A stretch of DNA of 59,049 nt from Coleofasciculus chthonoplastes F2-STO-03 (lineage in GTDB: Bacteria > Cyanobacteriota > Cyanobacteriia > Cyanobacteriales > Coleofasciculaceae), in assembly GCA_040222015.1 (NCBI GenBank), contig JAVJWO010000117.1, positions 1 to 59,049 on the forward strand, in the 5' to 3' direction. The translations under genes and the position numbers were made by a program. This document shows positions 20,353 through 30,383 of the stretch, in pieces. The stretch's first letter is position 1; the number at the start of each line of letters is the position of its first letter. The notes below the pieces were generated by a model. It was not told where the DNA came from and ran no database searches. It saw nothing but the letters and a program-made list of their open reading frames with translations.

Positions 20353-21048
20353 TCAATCCAAAATTTCTTTACCTACGACCTTGCCATCTGCATCAATGTC
20401 ATAGACCAGAGGAATACCTGTTGCCAAATTCAGATTTGGAACCTCTTGTTCGTTGAGATCATCCAGAACCATGACAATTGAACGCAGGGAATTGCCATGG
20501 GCAGAGACTAAAACATTATCCCTGTGCTTGAGGTGGGTCATGATCCGACTTTGGAAATAGGGCAGGGTGCGATTAGCCGTATCTTCTAGGCTCTCGCCCC
20601 CTGGTGGACGCACGGAAAATGATCGCCGCCACAAATGGACTTGTTCTTCACCGAACTTTTCTGCCATTTGAGCTTTGTTATACCCCTGCAAGTCACCGTA
20701 GTAGCGTTCATCTAATGCCTGACTTAGAAAAATGGGAATTTCTAAACGTTCGTCGCCCTCATACTTATCCCAACCGTGCCAATCCGGAGCATCGGCTTTA
20801 TGTTTGAAAACTGGCGTCTTTGCGTCATAGGTTTCTTCACATTCGGTTAAACAGATTGCCGTGGTCTCAATTGCCCGCACCAGTAAGCTAGTGAATACCA
20901 CATTAATGGGATAGGCACTGATTTTTTCCGCTGCCAGCTTCGCTTCTTGACGACCTTTACGACTGAGGGGAACGTCCACCCAACCCGTAAAACGATTGGC
21001 GGCGTTCCACATACTTTGTCCGTGACGAACGAGAATCAGCTTTGCCAT
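20353..21048 (-). CDS. gpmA: 2,3-bisphosphoglycerate-dependent phosphoglycerate mutase
   Basis: LVRHGQS.WN..NRFTGWVDV, ERYYGDLQG, WRRS, and AHGNSLR. Confidence 0.95.
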   Translation of the reverse strand: MAKLILVRHGQSMWNAANRFTGWVDVPLSRKGRQEAKLAAEKISAYPINVVFTSLLVRAIETTAICLTECEETYDAKTPVFKHKADAPDWHGWDKYEGDERLEIPIFLSQALDERYYGDLQGYNKAQMAEKFGEEQVHLWRRSFSVRPPGGESLEDTANRTLPYFQSRIMTHLKHRDNVLVSAHGNSLRSIVMVLDDLNEQEVPNLNLATGIPLVYDIDADGKVVGKEILD

Positions 21049-21245
21049 AGTTGATTAGTTTTGCAGAACTACAGGGCTACAGGGCTACAGGGGCGGGTTT
21101 AACAGAGCAAAGTTTTGTCGATGTCCGATAACTTTACTCACACCCGCCCTTGTTGGGGGTAGCAACTTGGTTTGATTAAAGCAAGCCTTTGTCTTTGCTG
21201 TACCCCTACCCAAGATAGATTTTGTCGAGGATGTTCTACCGCTAC

Positions 21246-22328
<1,083 letters not shown>

Positions 22329-22983
22329 TCAAAGGGGAGCAGACTAAGTATCAGCTAATGTCAGTGTTCTCAGCAGTATTCGTCTGACCATCTGACATGA
22401 ACTATACCTGCGTCTTGTTTAGGTTTTCTTTAGACTGCTCCCTAATTAACGGTTAGCTATCCCTTACTGTTTATAGACGGATTGTCAGTTCTTTTCAAGC
22501 TTGCAGGTTTCGGCAAGATTCGTCAATTGGTTTGTGGAGAATCATTGTCCAGGACTTTGAACCTAAATTTGCTACCACTGATACTGAAAATTTAGTCAAG
22601 CTGATCAGGTATAGACGGATGTTGCCTGTGTCTATCTCTACGATGGAGAAAAACTTATATTATAACAAGATAACCTTAAGAGAAGGTAATCTTTCGCTTT
22701 TGTGCAAGTAGTGCTATGGAAACTGGATCGGGTTTGATCAGAGTCCTGACTTCTTCAAGATGTCGAATATCTAATTCAAAGCTGCCTTAAGTAGAAGGTC
22801 ACTGATATTTTGGCTGGTGGGCAATGCCCACCCTACGGTATATTAAGGAATTTTGTTAGACTACTTACTTTAAAAGATGAAATAAATATGAATTAAAAAT
22901 GAACAGATATGGAAAATAGCTTCTGAATTGAATCTCTGAGAATATTTGATAAAAAAAATAAATTATGCTATCTTAAAAAAGAA

Positions 22984-23138
22984 GGAAAGGGAGTAGCTCC
23001 TGGTAAAAGATTACCAGGATACCTGAATCAACATACTGGTGATGAGCCTGGTTCAGGTGACAAGGGATTGAAGCATCAGGTCATTTTAATCTACAGAATC
23101 TGATCTGAATAGTTAGTTCCTTGGTAGCGAGACTTTCA
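22984..23138 (+). promoter_or_regulatory. yybP-ykoY manganese riboswitch
   Basis: AAAGGGAGTAGC...ATCAACATACT...GCGAGACTTT signature directly upstream of a GDT1 family gene. Confidence 0.8.
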
Positions 23139-23226
23139 CTGAGTTCACAAGTTGATGTGAGCTGGGTGGGGTCTGCCTTTTCTCATCAAGCTCCATCAAC
23201 GGCAATTGGTTAAGGAGCTTGTAAAA

Positions 23227-23859
23227 ATGTTAACTGGATTTACTGCCGGATTATTACTAATTACGATTTCTGAGTTAGGGGATAAGACGTTTTTTATTGG
23301 CGTCATCTTATCCATGCGTTATTCGCGGCGGCTGGTCTTTTTGGGAGTTCTGGCGGCGTTAGCAGCGATGACAGTACTATCCGTTTTATTGGGACAGGTG
23401 GTGTCGTTGCTGCCTGAATACTATATCAATTATGGGGAAATTGCCTTATTTTTAGGATTTGGCTTTAAGCTATTGTATGATGCCAGTCAGATGCCCGCTC
23501 AAGCTAAAAATACAGGCGAAAAGGAAGCGGCGGTGGAAGTCGCCAAGCAGAATCAGGATGGCGCGATCGCAGGTTCAGGCAAAGATAAGTTACCGTCTGG
23601 CAATTTCGCTATTCTACTGCAAGCCTTTACTATGACATTTCTGGCGGAGTGGGGCGATCGCACCCAAATTAGCACCATCGCTTTAGCCGCCGCCCATCAA
23701 CCTGTTGGCGTTACTGTCGGGGCAATTTTAGGTCATGGGATTTGCACCGCGATCGCAGTAATTGGTGGACGGTTAATTGCAGGACGAATTTCTGAACGGT
23801 TGGTAACAGCATTAGGAGGCGTATTATTTCTGATTTTCGGTGTCATGGCGATGTTGTAA
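23227..23859 (+). CDS. TMEM165/GDT1 (UPF0016) family Mn2+ transporter, Mnx-like
   Basis: Two E-x-G-D-(K/R)-T motifs (ELGDKT, EWGDRTQ). RBS AAGGAG precedes the ATG at 23227. Confidence 0.92.
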   Translation: MLTGFTAGLLLITISELGDKTFFIGVILSMRYSRRLVFLGVLAALAAMTVLSVLLGQVVSLLPEYYINYGEIALFLGFGFKLLYDASQMPAQAKNTGEKEAAVEVAKQNQDGAIAGSGKDKLPSGNFAILLQAFTMTFLAEWGDRTQISTIALAAAHQPVGVTVGAILGHGICTAIAVIGGRLIAGRISERLVTALGGVLFLIFGVMAML

Positions 23860-23909
23860 CAAGTTTAGGTAAGGGGTTGAGGACTCTTTACAGAACTTAA
23901 TGCTGGCGA

Positions 23910-25457
23910 TTATGGCTCTGAATTGCCAACAAATTGCTGAATGGCATTAAAAAACTGCTTGTGATCCAGAGAGATTCTAATATTGTGACCCGCATTTTCA
24001 ATCAGCACCAGCTTTTTATCTTGTGCGGCACAGTAGTAGTAGAGTTCTTGCCCTTCAGAAACAGGAATGACGGTATCTTTTCGCCCATGAATAATTAGAG
24101 ATGGGATCGTAATTTCTCCCATCTTCTGTAGATTGCCAAAAACATCACCTGTAACCTTGGTGTCTCCCGCCGAGGTATCCAAATAAGACAATTGCGGAAA
24201 CTGCTGAGCAAAACCACTTTCAATAATTAACCCCGCCAATTGAGTTCCCGCTTGCCTTGCCACTTCAATCGCGGCGGCACTTCCCAGACTTCGCCCTAGA
24301 ACATAGAGTCGCTCTGGGGAAAGCCCTTTTGACTGTAAAATATCACCAACCTGGTTAAAGATCGTTACCGCATCCGTTAACACATTACTGGCTGTGGCTT
24401 GACCTTCACTGACACCATTACCCCGGTAATCAAACACCAATAATGTCACTCCGATCCGCCGATATAACTTGGCAATAGAATTACAATCCACTGCCAACTC
24501 ATTAATATTAGGGAAATAGAGAATAACTGGGGCATCAGTTGCCGCTGGGTAGAGGATTCCTTGAACCTTTACCTGAGAGTCAACAGCGACAGTCACGGGG
24601 TAGAGTTCCAGAGGCGTAATCTGATTATTTAGCCGGGGACGTAATAGTAACTGCAATAGTGAGGCTTCGTCTAACACTAATTTACTGAGGACAAATTTCT
24701 GGATCACTTCAAAGTATTGCCACATCCCCATGCGGAGCAAGGTGTTATGACCCGCATTTTTAATCCGGATCAACTGCTTATTTGGAGCGGCACAGGCGTT
24801 GTAAAGTTTTTCTCCTTGTTGCGGCGGAATTAACGAATCTTTATCACCATGAATAATCAATGTTGGCACAAGAATTTGGCTAATTTTCTCGGTATTCCTA
24901 ACTCCCAAACGCTCGTCTTCATTCCCTCTCCCCTGCCAGCCAAGACGTTTAAGCAAGGCAAAGGTATCAGCAAAGCCACTATCAATAATCAGTCCGGCTA
25001 ATTGATCTTGAGCGCAATTAGCAACAGCAATGGCGGGAGCACTACCCAGACTGCGCCCCATCACATAAAGTCGTTGGGGAAACAGTTGATGCGCCGTTAA
25101 AATATTGCCAAAAGCGCCGAATACCTTGAGGGAATCAGCCAGGAGATTAGAGGTGGTGGATGTGCCATCACTTTGACCATAGCCCCGATAGTCAATCACT
25201 AACATGGTAATGCCCAAGACAGTGAAAATTTTGGCGATACTATCGTATTCAGCCGCAATTTCACCGTTGCCATGGAAAAATAGAATCGCTGGTGAATTGC
25301 TAGCGGCGGCGTATAATCGTCCTCTGAGAAAGAGTCTCGGTTCGACTTCAACCTCAATGAGGTGGATATTTGGCGATCGCGGTTTGCCTGTTGTGTCCGG
25401 TTTAGGATGGAACAGGATTTGCAAAATATCGGGTTGGTCGAGAATGGGATGCACCAT
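23910..25457 (-). CDS. Tandem (two-domain) alpha/beta hydrolase
   Basis: Two copies each of DYRG.G.S.G, GRSLG, IIHG.KD and AGHN. Confidence 0.9.
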   Translation of the reverse strand: MVHPILDQPDILQILFHPKPDTTGKPRSPNIHLIEVEVEPRLFLRGRLYAAASNSPAILFFHGNGEIAAEYDSIAKIFTVLGITMLVIDYRGYGQSDGTSTTSNLLADSLKVFGAFGNILTAHQLFPQRLYVMGRSLGSAPAIAVANCAQDQLAGLIIDSGFADTFALLKRLGWQGRGNEDERLGVRNTEKISQILVPTLIIHGDKDSLIPPQQGEKLYNACAAPNKQLIRIKNAGHNTLLRMGMWQYFEVIQKFVLSKLVLDEASLLQLLLRPRLNNQITPLELYPVTVAVDSQVKVQGILYPAATDAPVILYFPNINELAVDCNSIAKLYRRIGVTLLVFDYRGNGVSEGQATASNVLTDAVTIFNQVGDILQSKGLSPERLYVLGRSLGSAAAIEVARQAGTQLAGLIIESGFAQQFPQLSYLDTSAGDTKVTGDVFGNLQKMGEITIPSLIIHGRKDTVIPVSEGQELYYYCAAQDKKLVLIENAGHNIRISLDHKQFFNAIQQFVGNSEP

Positions 25458-25588
25458 ATAGTAGCGGGTTGCGGCTTTGTAGATATTTTATCTTGTCTCT
25501 ACCAGTAAGGTAGGGAACACTCCATCCTACGCGCCCTGTCTCAATCCTAGAGGCTGAGAGGGTAAGGTGCGATCGCACTTCCTAAACA

Positions 25589-25810
25589 TCACGGCTGTGT
25601 TTCTTCTAGCATCGACTCTTTGACCGCCTGCACTAACTCTTCTTCCGTGCATTGATACAAGTCACGCAAGCGGAATACTTGCCAAACTTCCATCATTGGT
25701 GTTGTTCTCCCCTTTTCCCAGTTGCGGATTGAAGATTCGGAGCATTTTAGTTCACGAGCGACATTACGGATAATCAGCCCTGCGCGTTTTCTCAAGGCTC
25801 TCAGGTTCAT
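25589..25810 (-). CDS. XRE family helix-turn-helix protein
   Basis: LRKRAGL....VA.EL..SESSIRNWEKGRT.P. Confidence 0.88.
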   Translation of the reverse strand: MNLRALRKRAGLIIRNVARELKCSESSIRNWEKGRTTPMMEVWQVFRLRDLYQCTEEELVQAVKESMLEETQP

Positions 25811-25977
25811 AAGTGACTGAATGTTCCCACTAAAGTAGCGTTAAAACTTAGCGTCAAGTATTGACAATTGACAAATATTGTGTATGGCTCTTTAATCATA
25901 AAAGAAAAAGCGTTAGTACATCCCCACCAAGAGACTGACTAACGCCCTTTCCTTTGTTCCTTACGGACTATCTAATC

Positions 25978-26229
25978 ATGCCATACAATTCCAATCAAAT
26001 CACTTACCGACAACGGCTAACTCCGTGGGCGATCGCTCAACTCCTACCGAATATGCAACGAACGATCGTGGGTCGGTTCCGCAGTCGGTCTGATGCGGAT
26101 GGTCATTTGCGGTGTCTGCGTCAGCTTATACCTCATGCGTCGTTTGTCGTGGTATTTGACCCGCAACCGGATGAGGAAACCGTATCTGTGTCTCTAGCAA
26201 CGGCGCAAAAAGCGGTTATTGGAGGATGA
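25978..26229 (+). CDS. Conserved cyanobacterial hypothetical protein
   Basis: Y.QRL.PW.I..LLP.MQ...V.RFR.RSDADGHL..L....P...F.VVFD pattern. Divergent from the XRE gene. Confidence 0.7.
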   Translation: MPYNSNQITYRQRLTPWAIAQLLPNMQRTIVGRFRSRSDADGHLRCLRQLIPHASFVVVFDPQPDEETVSVSLATAQKAVIGG

Positions 26230-26566
26230 GGGGAGGCGATCGCATGTTCTGGATACGAGAGTGCGATCGCATTTCTGGAGTCAAGGGGCGCTCGCTAAGA
26301 GTGACCCCTCCCGAAGTGGGGAAGCGATAGTCCTTATAGTGCTGGGAGGCAAGGGACGATGACATTTAGACTAAAAAACCCCCTCCTAAAGCTAAGGAAC
26401 AGGTTTAACTATATATATGTATGCCAGAGGAAGTATACTTATTGCCACATTTGCTAAATGCACCTAGACAACTTGGAGTCAACTAACGCCTATGACATTT
26501 CTTTTATGATCTTTATCTCCAATGTAAGAATTTTTCCGATTTTTAATATATAATTATATGTTTTAC

Positions 26567-26782
26567 TTATGTTAAGTCATTAAATTCTGCTTCAGTTATC
26601 TTAATATCCTCCTTTAGAATTCTATCAAGCAGCCAACCTCCAACTTCATTACAACCGTGATTTGGGACAGTAGTTGCTCGTCCATCTGGATGCTTCCATC
26701 GAGCATGTGCACACTTCTTCTTCACCTTCTGAAAACCAAGACGCTTGAGGACTTTCTCTAGGGTACTCACTTTAGCTTGCAT
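26567..26782 (-). CDS. hicA: HicA family toxin
   Basis: L.RLGF......H..W.HPDGR.TTVP.H......G.L..IL. Confidence 0.85.
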   Translation of the reverse strand: MQAKVSTLEKVLKRLGFQKVKKKCAHARWKHPDGRATTVPNHGCNEVGGWLLDRILKEDIKITEAEFNDLT

Positions 26783-26970
26783 TTCGTTGTTTTAACCTAA
26801 ATTACGTTAGGTGGCAAGGTGAATACACTTCCTTTGCATACACTATTAAGTTGTCTAGGTTCTATAACTATAGTAAACCTAACTGTATGCCAAGTCAACC
26901 TAAATGCAAATTGGTTAGATGTTTTTATCTGAGTAGGAGGATTTCTCTAAGAGAGATCTACCTCAGTTTC

Positions 26971-27189
26971 CTAAGCGCTGACGGTCATTATTTCAACCTC
27001 TGAAGGCAATAGCCGTCCCTCTTCTTCGTACTCTTCTTTAATCATCTCAAACACACAAGCCAGCTCATTAAGTGCTTCATCTGGCGTTCGTCCCCAAGCA
27101 TGACAACTCGGAATTGCTGGCACATATGCTACAAATGTGCCATTGTCATCAGGACGAATAATACTAATATATTCTTGTAGCGATTTCAT
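26971..27189 (-). CDS. hicB: HicB family antitoxin (short form, no DNA-binding domain)
   Basis: Y..II..DD.G.FVAYVP.IP.CHAWG.TPDEAL..L. Start taken at MKSLQEY. Confidence 0.85.
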   Translation of the reverse strand: MKSLQEYISIIRPDDNGTFVAYVPAIPSCHAWGRTPDEALNELACVFEMIKEEYEEEGRLLPSEVEIMTVSA

Positions 27190-27239
27190 CTCTAATTTTT
27201 TATAAAAAGAATAGACTTGGTTGCTAATACTAGCATAAT

Positions 27240-27689
27240 CTAGATTAGTCGCCATTCACGGGCATCAACGAACTCAGACAGATGCCTCACATTAGTTGTA
27301 GCAACTATCACTTCATTTCCCTCCTCTTCCACCAATATAGCCTGAGCCGCCAAAATCACATCCCCATCCAGTGCTTTGGAATCTGCCGTTGGTTTTCCTC
27401 TTCTTCGTGCTTCTGCCCAAAGTTCAGCCGCTTTGAGCATTACTGCTGTAGTAATAGGGCGGTAGGTAATTGCAGCTTTGAGTTGATCGAGTCGTCTGAT
27501 ACTCACCACCTTCCCAACTCGAAGCAATTCGCGCCTCACCTCATAATCAGCGATTTCGGGTAACATAGCCTCGTAGCCTCTTGATTCCAAAGAATCAAAC
27601 CAAAGTTGGCACTCCAAAGATATGGGTGTAGCTCTAGGGTTAGTTACCATCCCTAATGGGCCAGAATCTAGCAAAACTACTCTGCTCAT
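27240..27689 (-). CDS. PIN-domain (VapC-like) toxin
   Basis: VLLDSGPLG, PEIADYEVRRELLR, DGDVILAAQA, and ATTN.RHL. Confidence 0.88.
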   Translation of the reverse strand: MSRVVLLDSGPLGMVTNPRATPISLECQLWFDSLESRGYEAMLPEIADYEVRRELLRVGKVVSIRRLDQLKAAITYRPITTAVMLKAAELWAEARRRGKPTADSKALDGDVILAAQAILVEEEGNEVIVATTNVRHLSEFVDAREWRLI

Positions 27690-27700
27690 GGAATGGTTGA

Positions 27701-28084
27701 TTAAATAGAAACACCGTCTTCATCTAAAGCTTTCTCTAGAATTTCCCAAGTTTCTTTTTGCTCCTGCTCATCTCCTTCCTCTCGCCACGATCGCAATAAT
27801 TCACTCAGCGCAATCTGTCGTACTGATTTCTTTACAGGATCAGGATTCTTAACTTCGTCCATTGCCTGTTCCGAAACCTGCGATCGCACTGGCTTCATTG
27901 TCACGCTTTCCCGAAATAAGCGCACGATTTGCAGTAAATTCGGTAAATACTCTTCTGGCGTTTGCTGAATTTCAAGAATTAACTTGGCTAAAACGTGATT
28001 GTCGCTTACAGCAGAGTTGTCTTCTTGGGAACTGCCTTCGGTACTTGGTGTGTTGGCTACATTACTTAAGTCTTGCTCAGGCAT
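27701..28084 (-). CDS. Putative antitoxin of the PIN toxin
   Basis: Lies immediately upstream of the PIN gene. It has the LLRSWREEGDEQEQKETWE.L..ALDE tail seen in such cyanobacterial pairs, and RBS AAGGAGG. Confidence 0.7.
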   Translation of the reverse strand: MPEQDLSNVANTPSTEGSSQEDNSAVSDNHVLAKLILEIQQTPEEYLPNLLQIVRLFRESVTMKPVRSQVSEQAMDEVKNPDPVKKSVRQIALSELLRSWREEGDEQEQKETWEILEKALDEDGVSI

Positions 28085-28134
28085 GGTTTCCTCCTTGACT
28101 TCATCTTTTTCTACCTTAACAACTCGCTAAAATT

Positions 28135-28782
28135 TCATTCTCCTGTAATTTGTTCCCGTACCCAAGCTCGAAAAGCTCTCATCGTCTTATTCCTACCCTC
28201 AGTCTTTACCTGGCTCAAATATTGGGGAATTACCTCAACAAGTGGTAGGTTAGGAAAAATCGGACTAAACCCTGACTCGATATACTGCCCATCCTGTAAT
28301 ACATTAATCTGTAACTTGCCCTTCTCAAATCGCCAAAGCTCAGGCACTCCTAATGCTTCATAAATACTCGGATGAGTGCGAGACGTTACATCTATCTCTA
28401 AAGCTAAGTCTGGAGGGGGATCGACGGATAAGTCTAATCGTTCCTTTCCTCTTACTGCGGCTTCATTTTGAATATAAAAGCAGTTATCGGGTTCTATCCC
28501 TTTCAGCATATCCTCATTTTTAAAGGTAGTAGAACCAAGCGGATAAAAATCAATATCTAGTTCTTCCAGAAGAATCCCAATAAAATCAGTGATAAACAAT
28601 TTACTGGTTTCATGCTCTGGTAAGGGCGTCATAATTTCTAATAGTCCGTTCTCATAGGCGACTCTTGACGCCCGATGTTCTCCTAACTCTTCTAAAATAG
28701 TTTCAAATTCTTGCCAGTTTACATCCTCTAGAAAGACTTTATGACCGGGTGGTATATTAAATCGCTTTAATTCCAATAGCAT
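28135..28782 (-). CDS. Uma2 family endonuclease
   Basis: V.WQEFE, P.PEHE, GSTTF, EPD.CFYI, PPPDLALEID, and Y..LGVPELW. Confidence 0.92.
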   Translation of the reverse strand: MLLELKRFNIPPGHKVFLEDVNWQEFETILEELGEHRASRVAYENGLLEIMTPLPEHETSKLFITDFIGILLEELDIDFYPLGSTTFKNEDMLKGIEPDNCFYIQNEAAVRGKERLDLSVDPPPDLALEIDVTSRTHPSIYEALGVPELWRFEKGKLQINVLQDGQYIESGFSPIFPNLPLVEVIPQYLSQVKTEGRNKTMRAFRAWVREQITGE

Positions 28783-28917
28783 TGCATTAGCTCCATCTTC
28801 AATACTGGAACAGTAAGGTGGGCATAGTCCACTCTACTTTAATTACTGTAAGACATCTGCTTTCATCTAGGTTAAGGGTTTTTGAGTCATATTAGTAATG
28901 TAATGCGATCGCATGGA

Positions 28918-29072
28918 TTAACCTCTCCCCCAGCCCCTCTTCTACTCTTGAGAAGGGAGCCGGAATAGCGGAATTCTTGTTCCTCTTTCCCTGCAAGGAG
29001 AGGGGAGCCGGAATGCTGGAACTCTTGTTCCCCCTTCCCTCGCAGGGAAGGGGGTTAGGGGGTTAGGTTTTT
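28918..29072. repeat. CCCCTTCCCT.GCAGGGAAGGGG palindromic repeat cluster
   Basis: Three related hairpins ending GGGGTTAGGGGGTTAGGTT. A near-identical end occurs at about 30335-30380. Confidence 0.7.
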
Positions 29073-29130
29073 TCGGAATACGGGGGAGTGTAATCGCACC
29101 TCTATCTCTTCCACGTAATTACCCTTTTTT

Positions 29131-30174
29131 TCATCTCAAATCCGTACTGTCTTTATTACTCTTACCAATGTTACATTTTAAGCATAATGTTTGAAGGTTT
29201 TTTATATCGTCCGTACCGCCTAATGAACGAGGCTTAATATGATCGACGTGCAGCGTTATTCCATCTTTTGCTGATCGCCCACAACTACAACACTTCCATT
29301 TATCACGAGCTAGAACAGACCACCATAGACCTGCTCTTACAAAGGAATAACTTTCTAACTCTGGTAAGTCCGTGAAATCACTGCTTTCATCATTAGAGTC
29401 TAGTTTTTCTTCATATTCTTCCTCATCTGAGAGATACCATTTCTTAAATTTTTTAAGCATTTGAGACAGTTTAGGTGGTTCGCCTTCTGCAATACAGAAT
29501 AGAGAATCCAGCAAAGGATAGAGAGCTATAAATGCAAAAATTAGATTAACAAGACCGCGATTGATGTTGAGCGGGAAGTAGTGCAGAGGAGATAATAGCC
29601 TAATTCCGTCATATCCCACTTCTTCATCTGTAAAAGCATTTTTGATATGGACAAATTGTTCAGCACTACTGTGTGAAATATGAGTAAGGGCAAAGATTGG
29701 AGAAAGTGTATCAAGATTATCGCGAATTAAATCAGCGACAGCAGAGACAAATTGAGGATCTACTCCTTGGCGAAAGGGAAGCAGTTGTACAAACATCCCA
29801 CCTTGTAAATCTACGTTGTATGTCAAATAAGTTGGATGTAAGAAAAATGGCTTTCCGTCTCGACGTTTGATAGTAAGTGTCCTATCTGTTCTACGCTTCC
29901 CAGACAATCCAATATGCACTTGACCATGGTCAACATTCTGACGTGCTGTTTTCCTGTGACTTGGAGCGTAAACAAAGGTCATTCGTTCATATGGATTCAC
30001 ATCATAGACTGTTTGTATTACATCTAAAGTATGTCTAAGTAATACTTCTAGGCGAGGAAAGAAATACTTTTGTAAAGTATCGAGACGTGTTCTTGTATCA
30101 GGTATCTTAAATATTTCAGAGTCTCTTTGTTCAAATACTATCTCACTGACTGTAGTCGGCTTTGTGGCAGCCAT
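29131..30174 (-). CDS. HNH endonuclease with large uncharacterised N-terminal domain
   Basis: C-terminal VL.RD.W.CCSCG...LHVDHIKP.S.GG....NLQTLC..CN..K. Confidence 0.88.
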   Translation of the reverse strand: MAATKPTTVSEIVFEQRDSEIFKIPDTRTRLDTLQKYFFPRLEVLLRHTLDVIQTVYDVNPYERMTFVYAPSHRKTARQNVDHGQVHIGLSGKRRTDRTLTIKRRDGKPFFLHPTYLTYNVDLQGGMFVQLLPFRQGVDPQFVSAVADLIRDNLDTLSPIFALTHISHSSAEQFVHIKNAFTDEEVGYDGIRLLSPLHYFPLNINRGLVNLIFAFIALYPLLDSLFCIAEGEPPKLSQMLKKFKKWYLSDEEEYEEKLDSNDESSDFTDLPELESYSFVRAGLWWSVLARDKWKCCSCGRSAKDGITLHVDHIKPRSLGGTDDIKNLQTLCLKCNIGKSNKDSTDLR

Positions 30175-30383
30175 GGTTTAGTCCTATATATTTCAATAGC
30201 CAATATAGCTTACAGGCAATTCAGGCAAAATCACCTTAAATAGAAACACCACCTTCTTCTACTCTTCCCCTACCTTAACAATGGATAAGGTGGGCAATTG
30301 CCCACCCTACCTTCTACAAGGAGAGGGGAGTTCATGTTCCCCCTTCCCTTGCAGGGAAGGGGGTTAGGGGGTTAGGTTTTTAC

